From positions 1 to 41,801 of IMG/VR virus record IMGVR_UViG_3300020045_008362: a stretch of 41,801 nucleotides of DNA, one strand, 5' to 3'. The position numbers and the translations under genes were made by a program. The notes beneath the pieces were generated by a model that had not been told where the DNA came from, ran no database searches, and saw nothing but the letters and a program-made list of their open reading frames with translations. Origin of the DNA: a virus. Its lineage: Duplodnaviria; Caudoviricetes. This document shows, one piece after another, positions 9,115 through 17,775 of this stretch; the stretch's first letter is position 1, and each line of letters begins with the position of its first letter.

Positions 9115-10086
9115 TTATCTGAAAGGTTCGCAAGAATCTACACAGCCACCGTTAGGGGAATCTAATTCTTCGTCATATTCATAAATTACGCTATCGTCTT
9201 CAGCAAAATCAGTGAAACCTACCGCCATTTTTTTGAGATCTGAAACTGATCTATTTTCCCTAAAAAACCTTATCGGAAAATGAACACCCTTCCCTTTCAA
9301 TTGTATTTTTTTTAATCTTTCAGGGTGAACATAATTTTCATAATTTAATTCCATTCGTTCGGGAAAATCATAAATTTCAGGGTCTTCATTAATTAGTGTT
9401 AAATGCTTCCTTAGTGTTTTTTTATGGCACCATCTACAATTACCCTGATAACCTTTCAATCCAAGCCTGAAAGGTCTTTGCTCCCACCTGGCGTTAACCA
9501 TTGGCTTCGTTACCCCTGATGCAAAAGGTTCATAAAAAAGCTGATCACTTGTAACCCTGTTTAATTCGTCGGCTCGAATACCTACAACAGTATGAAAGTC
9601 TTCAAAGCCATGTGTTTTTAAGTAATGTTCCATAGGCCGCGTTTTTAAATCACGGGTGCAATGCAACTGATCTTTATTAGGAATTCCTAATTTTTTAATA
9701 AGTTCTTCCATTGGCGTATCAGGATCCGTATGCCTTTTTGCCGTATAAAAATCAACAACCCTATGTGTAACACCTTTACCATATACTGGATTTATAACAG
9801 CTTCTACCCATATTATAGGAATTTTATAATACGTTTCTATGTTGTGGGCGAATTGTAATGTTTTTTCGTCTTCCTGTCCTGTGTTTGCGAATAAAACTAT
9901 TATTTTACGTTTTCCGCTATATTTTGCCCACAACCTCAATAGCATATCCCCAGAAGTTTCACCGGCAGAAAAACTAACAAATATTGGTTTGTCGTCGTCG
10001 TCAATAGTCTTTATTAATTTAAAAGACTTAGGGTTGTTTAAGAAGTCTAAAACCCTTTGAGGTGTATTTTTAGTTACTGGTTTCAT
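9115..10086 (-). CDS. phosphoadenosine phosphosulfate (PAPS) reductase-family protein
   Basis: SFSAGETS PP-loop, FANTGQE, CTRDLK, GIRADE, GNCRWCHKK, C-terminal CVDSC. Confidence 0.85.
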   Translation of the reverse strand: MKPVTKNTPQRVLDFLNNPKSFKLIKTIDDDDKPIFVSFSAGETSGDMLLRLWAKYSGKRKIIVLFANTGQEDEKTLQFAHNIETYYKIPIIWVEAVINPVYGKGVTHRVVDFYTAKRHTDPDTPMEELIKKLGIPNKDQLHCTRDLKTRPMEHYLKTHGFEDFHTVVGIRADELNRVTSDQLFYEPFASGVTKPMVNARWEQRPFRLGLKGYQGNCRWCHKKTLRKHLTLINEDPEIYDFPERMELNYENYVHPERLKKIQLKGKGVHFPIRFFRENRSVSDLKKMAVGFTDFAEDDSVIYEYDEELDSPNGGCVDSCEPFR

Positions 10087-10496
10087 GGCTTTTTATTTAA
10101 TAATTCTTCGGCTTCGTCTTCAGTTTTAACTATAAGGCCAATACCGCCAAATTTGTTTACCATTTCTGTAAAAGCCACCTGTTCTACAGTAGCCCTTCCG
10201 GTTTTTGTTTTAACTTCTACTGTCATAAATACAGCTATAGGCCTACCCACCATTTCGGCGGTAATAATAACAGATTTTAAGCCTATTATATCGGAACTTC
10301 CTTTGCATAGGCCGGCGTGAAGTACACGGGCATTTTTTATAAGAACGTCGCCTGATTCCACATTTACAGTTTCTTTTTTAGTAAACATTTTGCTTGCACC
10401 AACCCAGGCGGTAGCTACATTATTTCTAAAAAGCCTGACACCGTTTATTTGTCCAAGTCGCAGCATTATACTACGCATCAAATCCCCTTCGTTCAT
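10083..10496 (-). CDS. VRR-NUC nuclease (Holliday junction resolvase-like)
   Basis: RLFRNNV...GSSDIIG...VEVKTKTGRATVEQ..F...GG.G. Confidence 0.88.
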   Translation of the reverse strand: MNEGDLMRSIMLRLGQINGVRLFRNNVATAWVGASKMFTKKETVNVESGDVLIKNARVLHAGLCKGSSDIIGLKSVIITAEMVGRPIAVFMTVEVKTKTGRATVEQVAFTEMVNKFGGIGLIVKTEDEAEELLNKKP

Positions 10497-10506
10497 AATA
10501 TATTTT

Positions 10507-10998
10507 TTAAAATGGTAAATCGTCTTCGTCTTCGTTAAAATTATTTTCTTCGTGCGCCGGGGGTTCTGTCCCTGCTACATACCAATCTGGCGGCGGTTCC
10601 TGATAGCGATCGTAATTGTTATATTTTGAAACATTCTGCTTATTGGTAAGCAACTGTATGTTATCTATGTTATATCCTTCCCAGTTCCTTATCCTGTCTA
10701 CGGTGGCGTTCTGGCCGCGCTTACCGGGTTTTAAAATATACCCCGTGTCTTCGCAGAATTTGCGAAATTGTTCTAATGTAATGGCAAAATCTATACGTCG
10801 CTTAATGGCGTTTTTTTTGAACGCATTGTACCTGATATATACAGGATCAGTAGCGCGGCGTTTACGCCAAAAGTGTTTATAACACAAGCCGCCTAATTTC
10901 TTAACAGGCTTATTGTTGCAGGCATACGCGCAGCACTGTTTACCTGCCTTTTTTTTGGCTTCAGAAATACAAAAATCAAAAACGACAGCAGTTTTCAT
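10507..10998 (-). CDS. Zn-finger plus HNH-like (beta-beta-alpha) protein ending DDLPF
   Basis: CCAYAC...LCYKH; TVDRIRNWEGYNIDNIQLLT..QN.SK. Confidence 0.75.
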   Translation of the reverse strand: MKTAVVFDFCISEAKKKAGKQCCAYACNNKPVKKLGGLCYKHFWRKRRATDPVYIRYNAFKKNAIKRRIDFAITLEQFRKFCEDTGYILKPGKRGQNATVDRIRNWEGYNIDNIQLLTNKQNVSKYNNYDRYQEPPPDWYVAGTEPPAHEENNFNEDEDDLPF

Positions 10999-11195
10999 TT
11001 TTCATTATTCATTTTTGATTCTACAATTATAAACCTGTCCTGTGAAAACGGCTTACTATACCCGTCTATGATTTTCTTTACTTCGTGCTGTGTTAGCCCT
11101 ACAGTAAAAGCGATCAAAGGAATATCCATATTAAAAATATGATATAAGGTAAGTATTCTTTGCGTCATGGCTACCAGTTTATTTCTTCTTCCCAT
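10995..11195 (-). CDS. small HTH-like protein
   Basis: IPLIAFTVGLTQHEVKKII fits a helix-turn-helix pattern; coupled to neighbours. Confidence 0.55.
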   Translation of the reverse strand: MGRRNKLVAMTQRILTLYHIFNMDIPLIAFTVGLTQHEVKKIIDGYSKPFSQDRFIIVESKMNNEK

Positions 11196-12769
11196 TCATT
11201 AACCTGGGCGGGCGGCGGGGGAATTAGGGCTTCGCGTTCTGACTTCCTGCGGGCTACAGCTTCAAATCTTTGTTTTTTCATTTTATACTGAACCCCTATC
11301 CAAGCTTCATTATATCCGCGATCCATAGCTATTTTTTGCAGGTCTTCCAAAGATTCAGCCATGCCTACTTCTAATGTTTTTGCTTTTTTGAAAGCTTTTA
11401 TAGCTTCGCTGCTTACTTCTAATAATTCGCCTTCAACCTGTTTAGGTTTGCTGTCCTTTACTTCGTATACGTGTCCGCAGTCAGGGCATACCGGCGAAGG
11501 TTCATGTACAGCAAAACAGGACAGGCATTGTTGTACGCGAACAGCAATTTCTTTGGGGCCCTTTTTTGATTTGTTTTTTACTTCACCGTCCAAAGACCAT
11601 TCGTGCAACTTATCAGGCAGCCCGTGGTTTTCTAAAAATTCACCATCTACCCAGTTGCCTACGTTGCCCACGTGGTCAAGTATGTACGCAAACGGCTTAT
11701 CTGAAAAAGCAATAGCAGCCAAACGGCCTTCACGCGTATTAAGGTCAAACCCCGGCGCATATACCGGCCTTAAAACCCTTCCCCACTGTTGTATAGCTAA
11801 AGACAGCGACTGGGTAGGCCTTAACATTACAGCTACGGTAGCTTTTGGAACGTCCGTCCCTTCGCTTATTAGATCACACGAACAAACGCCGTCTACCGTG
11901 CCGTCTGCAAGCCCACCCAGTACGCGCTTCCTTACGTCGTCGTCTGTAGTGCCGTCAATAGCGTAAAAACGGTAGCCTTTATCCCTGAACGCCTGGGCCA
12001 CTTCTTCAGTATGTGGAACTGAAACGCAGAACACTATAGCGGGCAGTTTTTTACCCTGGCAAACTTCTTCGTAGTGCGATACTGCGTCACCTGTAATAGT
12101 TGCTTTGTTTACAAGGTTTTCAAGATCGCGGGCGTTCCAGTCGCCTTTAGCTTTTTTCTTAGGCGCAGCGAATTGTTTTGGCGGCGACAGTACTTTGGCC
12201 TTAACTAAAAAACCTTCGTCCTGCAACCATTTTACGGATGGACCGGAAACGAGTTCTTCAAAAATGCCGTTATGATGCACACCCAAACCCTGACCGTCTG
12301 TCCTTACCGGCGTTGCAGTAACGCCTATAACTTTTATTTCTGGGTTTAAATCTTTAAAATGATTTATAGTTTTTCTCCATGAACCCGCTGTGGCGTGGTG
12401 CGCTTCGTCAACTATTATAACGTCAGGAATCCAGTTGGCAGCCGCGAAATAATTAAGCCGCTTTATTATAGTCTGAATGCTTGCAACCTGTACGCGGGTG
12501 TCAAAATTTGGTGTGAACAGCGGGTTTATCATTCCATGTTCTACATTGAAGTCCAGAAGGGCTTTAGAGGTCTGGCGAAGTAATTCTATCCTATGCACCA
12601 GAATAAGCGTTTTTTTGTCCTTAAGTGCCGCCTGCTGCGACATATAAGTGAAAACCACCGTTTTACCGCCACCTGTTGGCAGTACTAAAAGGATATAGTT
12701 TATTAACCGAACAAAACAGTCGCGAATTTTCGCCACGGCGTCGCCCTGGTAGTTGCGTAGTTTTATCAT
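11171..12769 (-). CDS. superfamily 2 DEAH helicase with C-terminal Zn finger
   Basis: LPTGGGKT, DEAHH, TATP, EGTDVP, QQWGRVLR, CLSC...CPDC. Confidence 0.93.
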   Translation of the reverse strand: MIKLRNYQGDAVAKIRDCFVRLINYILLVLPTGGGKTVVFTYMSQQAALKDKKTLILVHRIELLRQTSKALLDFNVEHGMINPLFTPNFDTRVQVASIQTIIKRLNYFAAANWIPDVIIVDEAHHATAGSWRKTINHFKDLNPEIKVIGVTATPVRTDGQGLGVHHNGIFEELVSGPSVKWLQDEGFLVKAKVLSPPKQFAAPKKKAKGDWNARDLENLVNKATITGDAVSHYEEVCQGKKLPAIVFCVSVPHTEEVAQAFRDKGYRFYAIDGTTDDDVRKRVLGGLADGTVDGVCSCDLISEGTDVPKATVAVMLRPTQSLSLAIQQWGRVLRPVYAPGFDLNTREGRLAAIAFSDKPFAYILDHVGNVGNWVDGEFLENHGLPDKLHEWSLDGEVKNKSKKGPKEIAVRVQQCLSCFAVHEPSPVCPDCGHVYEVKDSKPKQVEGELLEVSSEAIKAFKKAKTLEVGMAESLEDLQKIAMDRGYNEAWIGVQYKMKKQRFEAVARRKSEREALIPPPPAQVNEWEEEINW

Positions 12770-12781
12770 AACTGTATAGTG

Positions 12782-13006
12782 TTACTCTATTACAGCAGAT
12801 TCAGCAATGTTTTCTGTTTTTTTGGCCCGCAACCTATCTAAGGTTTCGTTTAGCTTATTTAACGTTTTAATTGGCTTAGGATCGTCACGCTCCCAATTCT
12901 GTATAGTAGCATGAGGAACCCCGGCTTCCCTGAATAGTTCAGAAGCTGAAAGGCCTAATTCCTGACATTTTTCCTTAATAATGTCTATCTGTTTTTTTTG
13001 CGACAT
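12782..13006 (-). CDS. Cro/XRE-family HTH regulator
   Basis: LSASELFREAGVPHATIQNWER; first gene of the leftward operon at the divergence point. Confidence 0.85.
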   Translation of the reverse strand: MSQKKQIDIIKEKCQELGLSASELFREAGVPHATIQNWERDDPKPIKTLNKLNETLDRLRAKKTENIAESAVIE

Positions 13007-13133
13007 GGTGTAAAATTATTTTAGTATTAATTTCAATACAGCAAAAATAATACATTAATTTTAATAAAAAAGTTTTTTATTTTGATTTTTATTTATTAGG
13101 TTTGCTGCACTATTAATTCAAATAATATTCAAA
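13007..13133. promoter_or_regulatory. divergent control region
   Basis: Minus-strand TATTTTTG (13049-13042) beside operator variant TACATTAATTTTAAT; plus-strand TAGGTTTG (13097-13104). Confidence 0.7.
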
Positions 13134-13955
13134 ATGAAAATTAATCGAAATTTAATCATCACAGTACAAAATCAAAATGATTTTGAAAACTTAACTGAAG
13201 TATCAGGTTCCGTTGACGTTCGCCAGGGCGCTACATTCACCGCACCGGCCTTAACTGAAGTATCAGGTTCCGTTTACGTTCGCCAGGGCGCTACATTCAC
13301 CGCACCGGCCTTAACAAAATCAGGTTCCGTTGACGTTCAGGAGGGCGCTACATTCACCGCACCGGCCTTAACAGTATCAGGTTCCGTTTACGTTCGCCAG
13401 GGCGCTACATTCACCGCACCGGCCTTAACAAAATCAGGTTACGTTGACGTTCGCGAGGGCGCTACATTCACCGCACCGGCCTTAACAATCAAAAACAGCG
13501 TTGCTGTTTTTGGAAAAAGCAAAAATAAATTAAACGTAGTGCATAATGACGGCATGATGTTTATAGTAGAATCTGAAAAAACATCTAAAGGAATAAAAAT
13601 ACTTTCCGGGCTACATTCTATTAAAATAATAGATTCTAAAGTTAATGGTATTTCAGGATTTTTAGTTTCAAAAGAAAGTTTTTCTGCTCACGGAGAAACA
13701 GTTAAAAAAGCAATATCTGACCTTCAATTTAAATTGGTGGCTGAAAAACTAAAAAAAGAACCGATAACACCAGATACTATAATAACTGATAATTATTACA
13801 GGCTTATTACAGGCGCTTGTGAATTAGGCGTTAAGGAATGGAGAAACAGGCACGGCATTACGCAAGAAGAAATAACAGCAAAAGAACTACTCCCTATTCT
13901 GGAAAAAAGCAACGCTTATGGTTTAAGTAGATTTAAAGAAATGCTTAAATTTTAA
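13134..13955 (+). CDS. repeat-containing (beta-solenoid-like) phage protein
   Basis: Five LT(EV/K/V)SG(S/Y)V(D/Y)V(R/Q)(Q/E)GATFTAPA units; C-terminal HGET...ITGACELG domain. Confidence 0.85.
   Translation: MKINRNLIITVQNQNDFENLTEVSGSVDVRQGATFTAPALTEVSGSVYVRQGATFTAPALTKSGSVDVQEGATFTAPALTVSGSVYVRQGATFTAPALTKSGYVDVREGATFTAPALTIKNSVAVFGKSKNKLNVVHNDGMMFIVESEKTSKGIKILSGLHSIKIIDSKVNGISGFLVSKESFSAHGETVKKAISDLQFKLVAEKLKKEPITPDTIITDNYYRLITGACELGVKEWRNRHGITQEEITAKELLPILEKSNAYGLSRFKEMLKF
13191..13481 (+). repeat. coding tandem repeat of 5 units (60, 60, 57, 57, 57 bp)
   Basis: GGGCGCTACATTCACCGCACCGGCCTTAAC is invariant in all units. Confidence 0.95.
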
Positions 13956-13961
13956 TACGCT

Positions 13962-14759
13962 ATGACACCCGAACAATACACAAGCGAAGACGCTATATCA
14001 AAAACGGGTTTAGATTATATAGAAAAATCGCCACTGGACTACTGGTGGCGGTTTTTAAATCCAGAACGCGAAGCCCATGTAAAAGATAAAGATATGTTAT
14101 TTGAAGAAGCTTTTAGGTGTTCAGTTTTGACACCTGTTGAATTTTCAAAATTATATGTTAAGCAGCCGCCTATAAAAAGAACCAATAATTTTGGTAAAGC
14201 AGAATACGCTTCTTTGGTGGCTACTGTAGAAAGTAATGGACAAATTTTAATGTCGGCTGCAAGCTATGAAACCATAGTGGCTATGAGGGATGCTGTTTTA
14301 AGCCACCCTACTACCAAACTACTTTTTGACAACAATAACGGTTATCCCGGCGAACCTTTGCGTTTTGAAGAAGCTAATTCTGGCGCTATAGTTAAGTTTT
14401 GCCCGCATTGGGTGCATATACGAACAGGCAAAAAGCTTATAGTTAACCTAATGTCTACCGAAAACGCGGGCAAAGAAAAATTTTCTAAGGAAGCGTATGA
14501 TTTAAAACTTCACAAAAGGGCTGCCCTTCAAATGGATGGACTGGTAGGAAGCGCTATGGTCTTTGTAATGGTAGAAAGAAGTGCGCCGTACAAATTACAG
14601 GTGCATTCACTTGACGATCGTTCTATAGACCTGGGCCGTTCTGTATATGTTGAAAATTGCGTAACATATATGGAATGTCTGGAATCTGGAAAATGGCCTG
14701 GGCTTCCTGAAAAAATACAACCTGCAAGTTTACCGGACTGGGTTTTTAAAAATTATTAA
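13962..14759 (+). CDS. RecE/exonuclease VIII-like (DUF3799-type) protein with degenerate catalytic motif
   Basis: ISKTGLDYIEKSP..Y N-terminus; FVMVERSAPY; CLESGKWPG...LPDW C-terminus; PD/DLK replaced by PH/NLM. Confidence 0.8.
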   Translation: MTPEQYTSEDAISKTGLDYIEKSPLDYWWRFLNPEREAHVKDKDMLFEEAFRCSVLTPVEFSKLYVKQPPIKRTNNFGKAEYASLVATVESNGQILMSAASYETIVAMRDAVLSHPTTKLLFDNNNGYPGEPLRFEEANSGAIVKFCPHWVHIRTGKKLIVNLMSTENAGKEKFSKEAYDLKLHKRAALQMDGLVGSAMVFVMVERSAPYKLQVHSLDDRSIDLGRSVYVENCVTYMECLESGKWPGLPEKIQPASLPDWVFKNY

Positions 14760-14760
14760 C

Positions 14761-16002
14761 ATGAAAAATGAAGCGCCAGACAGCCCAGATATGATCCCCG
14801 ATCGCAAGAATAATCTTTCTGAAGACCATAAGAAATTTATTGATGCGGTAGAAGCGGGAAAAAACGTATTCCTTACCGGTAAGGCCGGCACTGGAAAATC
14901 TCACGTAACCAAATTGGCTATGGCTATTCTGGAAGACAAAGGTTTAAAAGTGGTAGCTTTAGCCCCTACGGGAATTGCCGCCAACAACATAGACGGCGCA
15001 ACACTTCATAGTACTTTTTCGCTTAGGCCTTTTGGTGTTCTGGACTATGACGCCTGTAATTTTGTTAAGTCTTCCAAAAGGCTTGTTTTGAAAAATATAG
15101 ACGTTGTTTTTATAGACGAAGTTTCTATGCTTAGGCCTGATATTTTAGACGCGCTTAACTGGACTTTTATTAAAAACGGCTGCGGCAGCTTAATAGACAG
15201 GCAGGTTATTTTTATTGGTGATATGAGGCAGTTAGGAATAGTGGCCGACGATAATATGGTTTCTGTTCTGCTTCAGAAATACAACGGCGCAGACTTCAGG
15301 AAGGCCGACGTTTATTCTTACCTTAATGTAGAAGAAGTGGAATTAAACAAAGTTCTTAGGCAGTCAGATAATGACTTTATAGAAGCGTTAAACACCGTAA
15401 GGGAAGGCGGTAAACACGCTTACTTTAAACAATTCGTTACCGGTACGCCTTCAGGGATAGTGTTAGCACCACATAACGCAACCGTCGAGCGCTACAATAA
15501 CACCGGCTTCAATTCTGTTGAAGGCCAGGTGTTCACATTTAACGCAACCGTCGAAGGCAACGTTAAGGCGGCGGACTTTAATTTGGATCCTATTATAAAA
15601 ATAAAGGACGGCTGCAAAATTATGTATCTGGCCAACAGCAAAAACAATAATCTGTATAATGGAACTTTGGGTATATTCCGCGCGCGGGACGTTGGTACTG
15701 AAGACGAATGTTTTTTTATTGATGTAGATGGCGTTCATTTTGCTTTAGAAACAGTAATGTTTACTAAAAAAGATTATGTTTTCAATCCCAGTACTAATTC
15801 TTTGGAATTAATGGATTTAGGAAGCATTACCCAGATTCCTATAAAATTAGCCTACGCGCTAACCATACACAAGTCACAAGGCCTAACGTTCGACGAAGTT
15901 ACTGTAGATTTATCATTGCCATGCTTTGCAGACGGTCAGTTATATGTAGCCCTAAGCAGGGTTAAAACCCCAAATGGATTAAGCATAATTGTAAACCGGT
16001 AG
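14761..16002 (+). CDS. PIF1-like (SF1B) helicase
   Basis: GKAGTGKS, APTGIAA, DEVSM, GDMRQL, TIHKSQG, YVALSR. Confidence 0.92.
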   Translation: MKNEAPDSPDMIPDRKNNLSEDHKKFIDAVEAGKNVFLTGKAGTGKSHVTKLAMAILEDKGLKVVALAPTGIAANNIDGATLHSTFSLRPFGVLDYDACNFVKSSKRLVLKNIDVVFIDEVSMLRPDILDALNWTFIKNGCGSLIDRQVIFIGDMRQLGIVADDNMVSVLLQKYNGADFRKADVYSYLNVEEVELNKVLRQSDNDFIEALNTVREGGKHAYFKQFVTGTPSGIVLAPHNATVERYNNTGFNSVEGQVFTFNATVEGNVKAADFNLDPIIKIKDGCKIMYLANSKNNNLYNGTLGIFRARDVGTEDECFFIDVDGVHFALETVMFTKKDYVFNPSTNSLELMDLGSITQIPIKLAYALTIHKSQGLTFDEVTVDLSLPCFADGQLYVALSRVKTPNGLSIIVNR

Positions 16003-16006
16003 CCAC

Positions 16007-16402
16007 ATGAGCGATAATATAGAAAACTTTATACAGCTTACATCTGGCCATAAAAATATAGCTGTTATCGGTTCGCGTGGTTATAGCGACTACGAACATT
16101 TTTCAGCATGGGTTAAGCACCATACTGGCCATATTAAAAAACCCTGCTTTGTTTCCGGCGGGGCCAAATCAGGCGCTGATAGTCTTATAGAAAGATATGC
16201 TGACGAATTTATTTTTCCCATACTTGTTTTTTATCCAGAATACGGCAAATACGGGAAGTCAGCACCGCTTAAAAGAAATCATTCAATAGTATTAGCTTCA
16301 GATTGTTTACTGGCATTCTGGGACGGCGTTAGCACTGGTACTGCCTACACACTTGATTTAGCTTACAAAAAAGGAATACCTGTAAAAATTATAAAAGTTT
16401 AG
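16007..16402 (+). CDS. SLOG-superfamily protein (YspA/DUF2493-like)
   Basis: IAVIGSR, VSGGAKSGAD, GKSAPLKRN, AFWDGVSTGT. Confidence 0.85.
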   Translation: MSDNIENFIQLTSGHKNIAVIGSRGYSDYEHFSAWVKHHTGHIKKPCFVSGGAKSGADSLIERYADEFIFPILVFYPEYGKYGKSAPLKRNHSIVLASDCLLAFWDGVSTGTAYTLDLAYKKGIPVKIIKV

Positions 16403-16443
16403 ATTTTAAATTTTAAATCCCGGCGGGGTTACGTATAAAACAA

Positions 16444-17040
16444 ATGGCAACAGCAAACGAAGTAGTAATTACCGGCACCGTTCAGGTGGTTTTTGAAAGA
16501 ATAGACACCGGTAATTTTAGCAAACGCGATATAGTGATTCGTACAGACGAACAATATCCGCAGGATATATCTATTCAGTTTACACAGGATAAATGCGACC
16601 TGTTAGACTTATACAAGCCCGGCGAAGTCGTTACCATTGCCTACAACTTAAGAGGTAAGGCGGGCGGTTGGGTAAATCCACAGGGCGAAACAAAATATTT
16701 CACTACCGTTCAGGGGTGGAAAATACAAAGACCGCAAGGGCAGCACGCAGCGCCGCAAACAGCAGGGCAGCAACAAGCGCCGGCCAGAACTATGCCGCCT
16801 GCTACTGCCCCCGCAGCCGCACCGGCAGCACGCGTATACGTACACACGGCCACGGATCACCCAGAAGCTGTTTATTTGGCTTCGCCTGGATGGAATCACG
16901 AAGTTTTAGTGGCTCAAAAAAAAGGCTACTGGCAAATACCAACGCCCGCAGCCGCACCGGCAGCACCGGGCGCGCCGCAGTTTCCGGCAGGTAGTTACCC
17001 ACCTCCAGGCGCACCCGGTAACGACGATCTACCATTTTAA
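16444..17040 (+). CDS. single-stranded DNA-binding protein (DUF3127 OB-fold)
   Basis: FSKRDIVI.T.EQYPQ.I.IQF.QDKC...NLRG..W...YFT...GWKI; Pro/Ala linker; DDLPF tip. Confidence 0.88.
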   Translation: MATANEVVITGTVQVVFERIDTGNFSKRDIVIRTDEQYPQDISIQFTQDKCDLLDLYKPGEVVTIAYNLRGKAGGWVNPQGETKYFTTVQGWKIQRPQGQHAAPQTAGQQQAPARTMPPATAPAAAPAARVYVHTATDHPEAVYLASPGWNHEVLVAQKKGYWQIPTPAAAPAAPGAPQFPAGSYPPPGAPGNDDLPF

Positions 17041-17051
17041 AAACTAACCAT

Positions 17052-17756
17052 ATGGCAGAAACACAGTTACCTAAAATAGCAGACCTTTACGGCGAAATAG
17101 AGTTAATGAAAAAAGCAGATTTGCTAACCTCATTACTAAGTCAGCCCCCGAAACCCGAATGGGTAAAAATACACCCGTACATAGCAGGTTACAAATACCT
17201 GCCTATAGACAAAGTGGAATTTCTTCTGAAAATGATTTTCAAAAAATACAGAATTGAAATCACTGGGCAGGGCAGCGCTTTTAATGGTGTATGGGTTACG
17301 GTAAGGGTTCACTACCTTAACCCTATTACCGGCGAATGGGATTATCACGACGGCATAGGCGCTAAAGAACTTCAGGTTAAAAAAGGTACAAGCCCGGCAG
17401 ATTTATCTAACATAAACAGCGGCGCGTTAGCCATGGCGTTTCCTATAGCAAAAACAGTAGCCATAAAGGACGCTTGCGACCACTTCGGAAGCTTGTTTGG
17501 TTCTGATCTTAACCGTAAAGACGTTATGCAAATTAAGCCTGATGAAAATTTACAGGCAAAAAGCGTTATAGACGATATAAACGAAAAACTAACCACAGAA
17601 GGTAAGACAGCTCCGCCTGTGGTAGATAATGCGGTACAGCCCACAGAAACGCCTTCGTATACAGCTTTTGAAGACCTGACTGTAAATAATCCTGAATACG
17701 TAACACCTGGGCCGCCCATAGCGCCGCCGCCACCAATAGAAGACGCAGATTTTTAA
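17052..17756 (+). CDS. single-strand annealing recombinase (Rad52/Sak-like)
   Basis: YKYLPIDKVE.LL..IF, HDGIGA, AKTVAIKDA...G.LFG.DLNR; located next to SSB and RecE-like genes. Confidence 0.7.
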   Translation: MAETQLPKIADLYGEIELMKKADLLTSLLSQPPKPEWVKIHPYIAGYKYLPIDKVEFLLKMIFKKYRIEITGQGSAFNGVWVTVRVHYLNPITGEWDYHDGIGAKELQVKKGTSPADLSNINSGALAMAFPIAKTVAIKDACDHFGSLFGSDLNRKDVMQIKPDENLQAKSVIDDINEKLTTEGKTAPPVVDNAVQPTETPSYTAFEDLTVNNPEYVTPGPPIAPPPPIEDADF

Positions 17757-17775
17757 TTATTAAAAACACCATATC

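Noticed and set aside
9115-10086. Complete Dnd/Ssp phosphorothioation system
   Set aside because: Only the PAPS-reductase-like gene is present; partner genes were not found.
13191-13481. CRISPR-like array or DGR template/variable repeats
   Set aside because: Units are contiguous and in-frame with no unique spacers. No cas or reverse transcriptase gene is present, and the variation is not adenine-specific.
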